A stretch of 43,675 bases of DNA, from assembly GCA_964601135.1 (NCBI GenBank), contig CAZRMD010000004.1, positions 1-43,675 on the forward strand, given 5' to 3'. The notes beneath the pieces were generated by a model. The model saw nothing but the letters and a program-made list of their open reading frames with translations, had not been told where the DNA came from and did no database searches. Positions 1 through 7,462 of this stretch are shown in pieces. This DNA comes from an uncultured Actinomycetes bacterium. Its GTDB lineage: Bacteria > Chloroflexota > Dormibacteria > CF-121. A program made the position numbers and the translations under genes. Numbering within the stretch: position 1 is the first letter of the stretch; each line of letters begins with the position of its first letter.

Positions 1-455
1 AGATCGCGGAGTTCTTCGAGAACCGCACCTTCTATGGCGGCCTGACGTACAACAGTCACCCGCTCGCCTGCGCTGCGGCGCTGGGCACGATCCGGGCGTA
101 TGAGGAAGACGACATGATCGGCAACGCGCGGCGGTTGGGCGAGGTCATGAAGCGTCACCACGAGGCGCTGAAAAAGAAGCATCCCTCGGTCGGATTGACC
201 CGCTCGATCGGTCTCTTCGGCATCCTCGAGCTGGTCCGTAACCGCAAGACGATGGAGCCGATGGCGCCCTTCAATGGAAACTCGGACGCGATGAGGGCAG
301 TCGCCAAGTCCTTGCGCGACCAGGGCCTTTATACGTTCGTTCGCTGGCACACGATCATGACCAATCCGCCGCTGTGCATCAACGAGGACGAGCTCGCCGA
401 GGGCTTCGCCATCATCGACAAGGCGCTCGATATCGCCGACCAAGCTGTCACCTAG
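1..455 (+). CDS. Class III (omega-type) PLP aminotransferase, C-terminal part; 5' end lies outside the window
   Basis: The frame starting at nt 3 is open from the window edge to TAG 453-455. The translation IAEFFENRTFYGGLTYNSHPLACAAALGTIRAYEEDDMIGNARRLG...TNPPLCINEDELAEGFAIIDKAL matches the C-terminal domain pattern of class III aminotransferases. Confidence 0.8.
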   Translation, partial: IAEFFENRTFYGGLTYNSHPLACAAALGTIRAYEEDDMIGNARRLGEVMKRHHEALKKKHPSVGLTRSIGLFGILELVRNRKTMEPMAPFNGNSDAMRAVAKSLRDQGLYTFVRWHTIMTNPPLCINEDELAEGFAIIDKALDIADQAVT

Positions 456-570
456 CGTTCGCGACGATCCAGCGAATCCAGATCCGGCCTTTGCCGAGCT
501 CTATGCCAGCCTGCCGGATGCCACCGACCTGTGGCCCTGGCTCGACCTGGCCAAGGCGGCACGTCCGCCC

Positions 571-1110
571 GTGCTTTATCTCGGCATCGGCACCGGCCGG
601 CTCGCGGTGCCGTTGCATGCGGCGGGCATCGAGCTGGTAGGGGTCGACAGCCACCCCGGGATGCTCGAACGTTTGCGCGGGAGGCTTCCCGACGCAGAGC
701 TGATTCGCTCACGAATCGAAGATCTCGAGCTTGATCGGCAGTTCGACCTGGTCATGGTTCCGTCCAACATTCTCTGCACGGTGGCGCGGCTGCGCGCCGC
801 CGCACGGCATCTTGCCGAGGACGGATCGCTGGCCTTCGAACTGACGAATCCCTACTGGCTTCGGGCGGGGGCGAGCCCTGGCGTCCGCGTCCAGTCGATC
901 GATGGAAACGAGGCCCGATTCGAGGTCGACTACCGGCTGCCGGACGGCCGAACCCTCACCCAGCAGGCGGAAGTCCCGCTCATCTGGCCGGATGAGGTCG
1001 AGAACTGGCTCGCCGGCGGCGCCGGCCTCAAGCTGCGTCAGATGTTCGGGAGACCGGATGCTGAGCTCACCAGCAGTCCAAGCTTTTACGTGGTCGCCGG
1101 ACTACAGTAA
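571..1110 (+). CDS. Class I SAM-dependent methyltransferase (start codon uncertain)
   Basis: Contains motif I LYLGIGTGRLAVPL (GxGxG), an acidic motif II (VGVDSHPGML) and DLVMVPSNIL. The listed GTG 571 sits inside motif I, and the protein-like sequence continues upstream without a canonical start (see finding). Confidence 0.7.
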   Translation: MLYLGIGTGRLAVPLHAAGIELVGVDSHPGMLERLRGRLPDAELIRSRIEDLELDRQFDLVMVPSNILCTVARLRAAARHLAEDGSLAFELTNPYWLRAGASPGVRVQSIDGNEARFEVDYRLPDGRTLTQQAEVPLIWPDEVENWLAGGAGLKLRQMFGRPDAELTSSPSFYVVAGLQ

Positions 1111-1117
1111 GCAGTCG

Positions 1118-1903
1118 ATGCCTGAGGAGCGCGAAGGACGGCGCGCCGGACGGGTCGTCCGTCGCGGAGTCGAACGGCCGACCGAAGACCGGGTGCTGCT
1201 CGAGCGGACGCCGCCGCCAGAGTTTCTCGAATCCGATCCCTGGCGGGTGCTGCGCATCCAGGCTGAGTTCGTCGAAGGCTTCGATGCGTTGGCCGCAGTG
1301 GGACCGGCGGTTACCTTCTTCGGCTCCGCCCGGGTACGACCGCCGGATCCCATGTACGACGCGGCTCGCGCGCTTGCCGCTGAGCTCGCTCGCCGTGGGT
1401 TCGCAATCATCACCGGCGGCGGGCCGGGGATCATGGAGGCCGCCAACCACGGGGCACAGGATGGCGGCGGCCTGTCCGTGGGATGCAACATCGAGTTGCC
1501 CTTCGAACAGAGCCTGAATGACTACGTCGACCTGGGCATCGAGTTCCACTACTTCTTCGTGCGCAAAACGATGTTCGTCAAATACGCGGAGGCCTTCGTG
1601 ATCTTCCCCGGCGGCTTCGGCACACTCGACGAGCTCTTCGAGTCGCTGACCCTCATCCAGACGGGAAAGATCGTCCACTTCCCGGTGGTGATGTTCAACT
1701 CCAGCTACTGGGCCGGACTGCACAGGTGGATCGAGGAGCGGGTGCTTGCCGAAGGAAAAATCTCACCGGAAGACCTTGACCTGATGGTGGTCACGGATGA
1801 CATCCAGCATGCCGCGGACGTCGTCCAGCAGTACTACCAGCGCAAAGTGCTCGAGGTACAACCGAAGAAACGTGCCCAGCCCGCCAAGAGCGACGCCGAG
1901 TGA
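1118..1903 (+). CDS. LOG family (TIGR00730-like) protein, long type II form; PpnN-like nucleotide 5'-monophosphate nucleosidase / cytokinin riboside 5'-monophosphate phosphoribohydrolase family
   Basis: Carries FFGSARV, IITGGGPGIMEAANHGA and the LOG signature PGGFGTLDELFE. I chose ATG 1118 because the upstream part of track ORF 902..1903 overlaps the methyltransferase in another frame. Confidence 0.85.
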   Translation: MPEEREGRRAGRVVRRGVERPTEDRVLLERTPPPEFLESDPWRVLRIQAEFVEGFDALAAVGPAVTFFGSARVRPPDPMYDAARALAAELARRGFAIITGGGPGIMEAANHGAQDGGGLSVGCNIELPFEQSLNDYVDLGIEFHYFFVRKTMFVKYAEAFVIFPGGFGTLDELFESLTLIQTGKIVHFPVVMFNSSYWAGLHRWIEERVLAEGKISPEDLDLMVVTDDIQHAADVVQQYYQRKVLEVQPKKRAQPAKSDAE

Positions 1904-2988
1904 CGGCGGCGCTGGAGCTGTCGTTTCTCGAGGACGGTGCCCAGCCGGCTGAGCAGGTGGCCGGCGAGCTGGCCGCCTTCCTGGCGGCGGCGGAAAAGAC
2001 GCTGGATATCGCGATTTATGACCTGAACCTGACTGGCGGACCGGCTGACCAGCTCCGCGATGCCATCAAGAGCGCCGCCGGTCGTGGAGTCGCGGTCCGG
2101 TTGCTGTACAACGTCGATTTTCCGAACCCCATCCCGGTGCCGCCACCGTCCGAGGCGGACTCGGCGTACATCGACAGCCTGGGCGTGCCTCACCGACCGG
2201 TCTCGGGCATCCCATCCCTGATGCACCACAAGTACGTCATCCGCGACGCCGGCACTGACGCGGCGACGGTGTGGACCGGGTCGATGAACTGGACGAACGA
2301 CTCATGGACTCGGGAGGAGAACGTCATCCTGCGTGCGCCTTCGCAGGAGCTGGCCGCTGATTACGCACGGGACTTCGACGAGTTATGGACCAGCGGCCGC
2401 GTCGATGGGACTGGGAAATATGACCTCCCCGGGCTGTCGCTGCCGGCAGCCGACGGTCCGGTGAAGACGCACCTGTTCTTCTCGCCGGGACGCGGTCGCC
2501 GCATGTCGCACGTGATCGCAGACCGGATCGCCCACGCCCGCCGGCGCGTCCGAGTCTGCTCCCCGGTGATCACCTCCGGCGTCATCCTGGGCACACTGGG
2601 CGACCTGCTCCATTCGCAGCCAGGGCGCCTGGACTTCAAAGGCGTCTATGACCGCACCCAGATGGACGAGGTCCTCGGCCAATGGCGCGTCGATCCGCAC
2701 GCCGGCTGGAAGGGGCCTGCCTTTCAGTCGCTCACGGCGATGCTGCCCTTCGCCTCGAAAGTCACCACGCCCTACTCGCCGACCAGTGTCCACGACTACA
2801 TGCACGCCAAGATCACGGTGGTGGACAGCACGGTCTTCACCGGCAGCTACAACCTGTCGCATGCCGGCGAGGACAACGCCGAAAACCTGCTCGAGCTCGA
2901 CAATGGCCCGCTGGCCGATCGCTTTGTCGAATACATCGACGCCGTCTTCGCGCGCTATGCGGCGGCACCCGCGACTGCGGCAAAATAG
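1900..2988 (+). CDS. Phospholipase D-like (two HKD motifs) domain protein
   Basis: Two HKD motifs are present: HHKYVIRD...GSMNWT and HAKITVVD...GSYNLS. GTG 1900 overlaps the LOG stop codon (GTGA). Confidence 0.8.
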   Translation: MTAALELSFLEDGAQPAEQVAGELAAFLAAAEKTLDIAIYDLNLTGGPADQLRDAIKSAAGRGVAVRLLYNVDFPNPIPVPPPSEADSAYIDSLGVPHRPVSGIPSLMHHKYVIRDAGTDAATVWTGSMNWTNDSWTREENVILRAPSQELAADYARDFDELWTSGRVDGTGKYDLPGLSLPAADGPVKTHLFFSPGRGRRMSHVIADRIAHARRRVRVCSPVITSGVILGTLGDLLHSQPGRLDFKGVYDRTQMDEVLGQWRVDPHAGWKGPAFQSLTAMLPFASKVTTPYSPTSVHDYMHAKITVVDSTVFTGSYNLSHAGEDNAENLLELDNGPLADRFVEYIDAVFARYAAAPATAAK

Positions 2989-2992
2989 GGCG

Positions 2993-3709
2993 ATGGCGGG
3001 GCGTCAGCGGGCAGCCTTGATGGCCGGATCGCTGCTCTCGTGTGCTGCCCTCCTGCCTCCGGTCATCGAGTTCGCCGACCAGCGGCTGACGCTGCACATG
3101 CTCTACGAGATGCTGCTGCTGGCGCTCGCCGTGCCGCTGCTCGCCTACGGCGTGGCTCCCCGACTGCGGCTGCGATTCTCGGTCTGGATACAGTCGCTGC
3201 TCGGCATCCTCACCCTGAATGTCGTCTTGTTTGCCTGGCAGCTGCCGCCGGTCCTCGATCTTGCCGCTCGCAACGGGTGGGTGCGGGAGGCGGCGCCTGC
3301 CGTGTTCATTGCCGCCGTGTTCGTCTTCTGGCAGCCAATCGTCCGGCGTGATGGGCTGAGCGCTATCGCCAAGGTTGGGTATCTGATGGTGGCCGGGGTT
3401 CCCCCGACCATTCCCGGGATCACGCTGGCCTTCTCGCATCACGCGCTCTATCAGGCGTATCGCTCCATCGAGGACCAGCAGATTGCGGGCTTGCTGCTTT
3501 TCGGGACGGCGAAGTTAACGCTGGTCGCCGGCACCTTCGTCATTCTTTGGCGGATGCTGGCACCAGAGAAAGAGCCGCCGGACTGGGACGTCGAGGAGGC
3601 GCCCATCGACGACACACCGCCTACGGCGCCGGCCTGGCTGCGCCGGCTGGACGAGAAGCTGCCGGTGGAACCCGATCGTCCCCGGCGGCCGGTTCCCGCG
3701 GGTCGTTAA
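2993..3709 (+). CDS. Polytopic membrane protein, caa3-type cytochrome oxidase assembly factor CtaG-like
   Basis: ATG 2993 lies 4 nt after the PLD stop. The protein has several hydrophobic helices, and LHMLYEMLLLALAVPLLAYGVAP resembles the conserved helix of the Caa3_CtaG family. The upstream part of track ORF 2648..3709 overlaps the PLD gene and was trimmed. Confidence 0.5.
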   Translation: MAGRQRAALMAGSLLSCAALLPPVIEFADQRLTLHMLYEMLLLALAVPLLAYGVAPRLRLRFSVWIQSLLGILTLNVVLFAWQLPPVLDLAARNGWVREAAPAVFIAAVFVFWQPIVRRDGLSAIAKVGYLMVAGVPPTIPGITLAFSHHALYQAYRSIEDQQIAGLLLFGTAKLTLVAGTFVILWRMLAPEKEPPDWDVEEAPIDDTPPTAPAWLRRLDEKLPVEPDRPRRPVPAGR

Positions 3710-3737
3710 CGGCGTTCAGCAGCCCAGGTTCACTGGG

Positions 3738-4475
3738 TCAGATCAGAGGCCAGGGGTAGGCCCAGCGCGAGGAAGGCTCCGGGTAGCGGCCTTCGTCGGC
3801 GAGACGACGGGCCCGATGACTGAGCGCGTTGATCTCGGATTTCGAGATCAACGATTCCAGGTCGCGAACCCAATCGGCCCCATCCGACAGCTCGGCTGCG
3901 AACTGGCGCGCGCGTTCCCGTAGCGAAGGCGGCACGTGGTCGCCGGCGAACTCCCAGATGACGGTTCGAAGTTTCGGAAGGGAATGAAAGGTTAGGCCGT
4001 TGTCGACACCCCAGATATGACCATCGCGATCGATCAGGCAGTGGCCGCTCTTGCGATCGGCGTTGTTGACGATGACATCGAACGCCGCCATGGTCTTGAA
4101 ATCGCGGGCCCGAGCGGGCATCAGCGAGAAGTAGTGCTCTTTCAGGTCGGCAATGATGAACTGCTGCAGTGAGCCCGGCCCCAGTGGCCCATCCATGCGG
4201 TACACCGTGTAGGGAACGATTTCCCAGCCGAGGCCGGCGCTGACCACATAGGCGGCAACCTCGCGCTTGCCGAGCGTCCCATCCGGAAAATCGTCCAGCG
4301 GCGTCTCACCGGCGGCCGGCTTGTAGACGGCGAGCGTTTGATCACCGTCGGATCCACACACCTCGGCCAGGTAGGTGTAGTTGGAGCAGTCCGGCATCAA
4401 GCCACGCGTCTTGACCCGTCCCTCTCGCAGCAGTTGCTGCATCCGATCGTTGGGTACCGATTTGGTTTGTGCCAT
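3738..4475 (-). CDS. SCO1664 family protein (PI3/4-kinase-like fold, function unknown)
   Basis: NNADRKSGHCLIDRDGHIWGVDNGLTF resembles a kinase catalytic loop plus a DFG-like element. The gene sits directly downstream (3-nt gap) of a DUF3090 gene, which is the usual partner of this family. Confidence 0.6.
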   Translation of the reverse strand: MAQTKSVPNDRMQQLLREGRVKTRGLMPDCSNYTYLAEVCGSDGDQTLAVYKPAAGETPLDDFPDGTLGKREVAAYVVSAGLGWEIVPYTVYRMDGPLGPGSLQQFIIADLKEHYFSLMPARARDFKTMAAFDVIVNNADRKSGHCLIDRDGHIWGVDNGLTFHSLPKLRTVIWEFAGDHVPPSLRERARQFAAELSDGADWVRDLESLISKSEINALSHRARRLADEGRYPEPSSRWAYPWPLI

Positions 4476-4478
4476 GGG

Positions 4479-4973
4479 TTAGTGATGTCCGTTGAGCCGC
4501 GGGCAGATCCCGCCATCGTGATCGATGGGCCCGCCGCATAACGGACAGGGTGGGCGACCGGCGCTGATCACGGTGCCGGCGTGGCTGGCCAGCGCCTGCA
4601 TCTGCGTCAGGCTGGCCTGGAAATGTCCGGTGGCAGGCTCGGCGCCTTCCTCCACCAGCTCGACGAGCGAAACTTCAAAGCTCTTTTCATCCTGGCTGTA
4701 GGTGATCGTCATGAATCCGATCCGCCACCGAGGATCGATGGGCTCTTCGAGCGCCATATCGGGAAGGCGAGCGGGTCGCTTCAAGGACGGGACCCGGGCG
4801 AAGACCTCCTCCAGCCGCTCGGTCAGCGTCCGCAGCTGGTCCTTTTCCATCGCCAGGCTGATGAGCTCGCGACCTGAGCGCAGCTGAAGGTAGAAGGCGC
4901 GTTTCCCCGGCTCTCCGACGGCGCCCGCGGTGATCCGCCCGACCTGGCCGAGGTCGAAGCTTTCCGATGCCAT
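4479..4973 (-). CDS. DUF3090 family protein
   Basis: N-terminus FDLGQVGRITAGAVGEPGKRAFYLQ and C-terminal Cys/His cluster CPLCGGPIDHDGGICPRLNGHH are both typical of the DUF3090 family as I recall it. Confidence 0.65.
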   Translation of the reverse strand: MASESFDLGQVGRITAGAVGEPGKRAFYLQLRSGRELISLAMEKDQLRTLTERLEEVFARVPSLKRPARLPDMALEEPIDPRWRIGFMTITYSQDEKSFEVSLVELVEEGAEPATGHFQASLTQMQALASHAGTVISAGRPPCPLCGGPIDHDGGICPRLNGHH

Positions 4974-5001
4974 GACGTTTTATTGTGGCAGTGAGCCGGC
5001 A

Positions 5002-5526
5002 ATGAAGCTGTTCAAATCGCTCGGCACGCGGGTCCCCGACCTGGTCACCGTCGTTGTCGAGCCGCAGCGAGATGGCCGCCTGAAAACCATCTTCGTCGGG
5101 GACGGTACCATGCCGAGCGACTCGGCCACCTACGACGACATGGACAGCCTGGTCAGCGCTGTGGACCGCAGCGCCATCGCTCTGTACCAGCCGCTGCTAC
5201 GGAATCGGGGGATGGGCTTCCAGTACGCCTGGTACCCGTGGGGAAACGACCAGAAGGCGTTGAAAATCGGCGGCGGCCCCAAGGCGTTCCTCATGTTCGA
5301 GATCCGCCAGTCCAGCGACGGTTACCACGCGTGGTTGCTCACCGATCAGGAGATGTCCATTCGCACCAGCCGCCTGGCGGAGCTGCCCGACGCCCTGGCG
5401 AGCGCAGCTGGCGCCCGCTGGCCGGCGATCGCCGGGTACGCGATTCCGGGCTTCTTTCACTGGAACCGGGAGCTGGTGGACGGCGCGTTTCGCGACGTCG
5501 AGACGCCTGCTGGGGAGGACCGCTAG
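5002..5526 (+). CDS. Hypothetical protein
   Basis: Track ORF 4930..5526 was trimmed to ATG 5002, because the upstream part overlaps the DUF3090 start on the other strand. The gene is followed by a perfect hairpin. I recognised no family. Confidence 0.5.
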   Translation: MKLFKSLGTRVPDLVTVVVEPQRDGRLKTIFVGDGTMPSDSATYDDMDSLVSAVDRSAIALYQPLLRNRGMGFQYAWYPWGNDQKALKIGGGPKAFLMFEIRQSSDGYHAWLLTDQEMSIRTSRLAELPDALASAAGARWPAIAGYAIPGFFHWNRELVDGAFRDVETPAGEDR

Positions 5527-5532
5527 AAAAAT

Positions 5533-5557
5533 GCGGGCCGTTGGGGAAACGGCCCGC
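5533..5557 (+). terminator. Stem-loop terminator candidate (10-bp perfect stem, no U tail on the + strand)
   Basis: GCGGGCCGTT-gggga-AACGGCCCGC begins 7 nt after stop codon TAG 5524-5526. It is preceded by AAAAA, so it would also read as hairpin plus U-tract on the minus strand. Confidence 0.5.
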
Positions 5558-5697
5558 TAGATGGAGGGGAGGGAAGCAATCCTCGCAGGATATCTGTACC
5601 CAGTTTGCCGGTGATTTAGCGGATTTCGGCATAGGGCGGGCACCTGAATGGCATCCATGGCCGACCTATTCTGCGGAAGATCGCAAGCATCGCTGCC

Positions 5698-5703
5698 TAG
5701 AAT
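5698..5703 (+). promoter_or_regulatory. -10 box (TAGAAT) positioned for a leaderless histidine kinase transcript
   Basis: TAGAAT is followed by 6 nt (cgagtc) and then GTG 5710. There is no Shine-Dalgarno sequence between them. Confidence 0.35.
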
Positions 5704-5709
5704 CGAGTC

Positions 5710-6732
5710 GTGCGGGATTCACTGGACCCACGGTGGTGGCACCGCAACCTGACGACGTTTCAAAAGGTCGTCGTCGCCAACAGCGCGATCATCGTCGTCG
5801 GCGCGTTCACCGGGCCATTGATCACTCTGAATTTCTCCGGTCGCGCCCGGCTGCCGTTCCTATTGGCACTCCTGGCCATCGGGCTGATCGCCATCCTGGT
5901 GGCCAACTTCCTCATCCTGCGGTTGGCGTTCCGGCCGATGCGTGAGCTCGAATCCACCATGAGTGCCGTCCAACCGGGCCTGGAGGAACCGCGGGTGCAC
6001 ACCGGGTTCGCCGATCCGGACCTGCGACGCATCGCCACGGTCTTCAACTCCATGCTCGACCGGCTGGAGCACGAGCGGCATCTCAGCGCCCAGCGCGTGC
6101 TGCAGGCGCAGGAGCGCGAGCGGCAGCGGGTCGCCCGCGAGCTCCATGACCAGACCGGTCAGGCGCTCACCCACGAGATCATCAGCCTCGACCTCTTGCT
6201 GGAGCGGACATCGGATGCCGAGGTACGGAAGCAGCTGGAGGCCGTGAAGCGGACGTTGGAGGACACGCTCGAGGAGGTCCATCGCATGTCGCAGGACCTG
6301 CGGCCCTCTGTCCTCGATGACCTCGGCCTCGTGCCGGCGCTGCGCACGCTGGCGAAGCAGCCGTCGGGCGCCGAAGTTTCGCTTCAGGTCGACGGACTCC
6401 GCGACCGCCTCCCGGCGCCGATCGAGACGGCCCTCTATCGCATCGCCCAGGAGGCCCTGACCAACGCGAACAAGTACGCCCGGGCGTCGCACGTGAAGAT
6501 CGACCTCAACTGTCTCGACGGCCATGTCCGGCTCCGCGTCCGCGACGACGGCGTCGGCTTCAATCCGGAAAGCATTCCGGACAAGGAAGAACCCGGGCGC
6601 GCCGGTCTCGGCATCTTCGGTATGCGAGAACGGGCGACGCTGTTGCGCGGCACGCTCGAGATTCACTCAGCGCCGCGGAAGGGTACCGAGGTGGTGGCCC
6701 AGCTACCTCTGGAGGAACGCCATGCAAGTTGA
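5710..6732 (+). CDS. Sensor histidine kinase, NarL-partner type (HisKA_3 + HATPase_c), two N-terminal TM helices with almost no external loop
   Basis: H-box ELHDQTGQALT, N-box EALTNANKYA, and G-boxes DDGVGF and GLGIFGMRERA. The hydrophobic segments are VVVANSAIIVVGAFTGPLI and PFLLALLAIGLIAILVANFLIL. Confidence 0.9.
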   Translation: MRDSLDPRWWHRNLTTFQKVVVANSAIIVVGAFTGPLITLNFSGRARLPFLLALLAIGLIAILVANFLILRLAFRPMRELESTMSAVQPGLEEPRVHTGFADPDLRRIATVFNSMLDRLEHERHLSAQRVLQAQERERQRVARELHDQTGQALTHEIISLDLLLERTSDAEVRKQLEAVKRTLEDTLEEVHRMSQDLRPSVLDDLGLVPALRTLAKQPSGAEVSLQVDGLRDRLPAPIETALYRIAQEALTNANKYARASHVKIDLNCLDGHVRLRVRDDGVGFNPESIPDKEEPGRAGLGIFGMRERATLLRGTLEIHSAPRKGTEVVAQLPLEERHAS

Positions 6733-7384
6733 GCGCCGTCAGATCCGAGTGATGCTCGTCGAAGACCACAACCTGGTGCGCGCCGGCATCCGCGCCGTCA
6801 TCGACGGTCAGAGCGACATCCAGGTGATTGCGGAGGCAACCGAGGGGCGCGAAGCCATCCGGCTTGCCCGCGCCAACTGTCCGGATGTAGCCGTGGTCGA
6901 TGTGGCCATGCCCGGCATGTCGGGGATCGAGGCAACCCGCGAGATCCGCCGGTTGTGTCCGCAAACCCAGGTCCTCATCCTGACCGCGCACGACAACGAG
7001 GAATATTTCTTCCAGACACTGAAGGCCGGTGCGGTCGGCTACGTCCTCAAGAAGGCGGCGGCCTCGGATCTGATTGCGGCGATCGAGGCAGCCAGCCGCG
7101 GTGAGCCTTACCTCTATCCGTCCGTGGCCCGGATGCTGGTCTCCGACTACCTGCAGCGAGCCCCCGAGCGCGATAGCTTCGAGCCGCTCAGCGACCGCGA
7201 GCGGGAGGTGCTACGGCTGGTCGCCGAGGGAAAGACGAACCGTCAGATCGCGGACACGCTGTTCTTGAGCATCAAGACCGTGCAAACGCATCGCGATCAC
7301 ATCATGAAGAAACTGCGGATGCACGACCGCACCGAGCTGGTGAAGTACGCGATCCGTAAGGGCCTGATCGAAGCCGACAGCTAG
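6722..7384 (+). CDS. Response regulator, NarL/LuxR family
   Basis: REC domain (IRVMLVEDH...DVAVVDVAMPGMSG) and LuxR HTH (LSDREREVLRLVAEGKTNRQIADTLFLSIKTVQTHR). ATG 6722 overlaps the kinase 3' end by 11 nt. Confidence 0.9.
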   Translation: MQVERRQIRVMLVEDHNLVRAGIRAVIDGQSDIQVIAEATEGREAIRLARANCPDVAVVDVAMPGMSGIEATREIRRLCPQTQVLILTAHDNEEYFFQTLKAGAVGYVLKKAAASDLIAAIEAASRGEPYLYPSVARMLVSDYLQRAPERDSFEPLSDREREVLRLVAEGKTNRQIADTLFLSIKTVQTHRDHIMKKLRMHDRTELVKYAIRKGLIEADS

Positions 7385-7462
7385 CGGTAGGTCACCGTCA
7401 GATCCAGGTCGAGGAAGCCACCGATGTCGGCGACTTCCGCGTCGAGGTCCGAGAAGACGGCG

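Noticed and set aside
902-1117. N-terminal extensions of track ORFs. The affected ORFs are 902-1903, 2648-3709, 6524-7384, 9833-10783, 12279-13406, 21989-23206, 23956-25149, 33850-36243 and 36141-37631.
   Set aside because: The extended parts overlap the preceding gene in another frame and are Arg/Pro-rich. Internal starts give family-typical N-termini, and often the ATGA/GTGA coupling seen throughout the window.
5558-5697. The 183-nt intergenic region upstream of the histidine kinase, examined for a riboswitch, sRNA or micro-ORF.
   Set aside because: I recognised no conserved riboswitch core. The only ATG-initiated micro-ORF (17 codons, starting at about 5562) lacks an SD. Only the terminator hairpin and the TAGAAT box are convincing.
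7413-7438. An imperfect hairpin (GGAAGCCACCGatgtCGGCGACTTCC) between the convergent response regulator and aspA genes, as a possible bidirectional terminator.
   Set aside because: It has two mismatches in the stem and no U-tract on either side. It is plausible but not supportable from the sequence alone.
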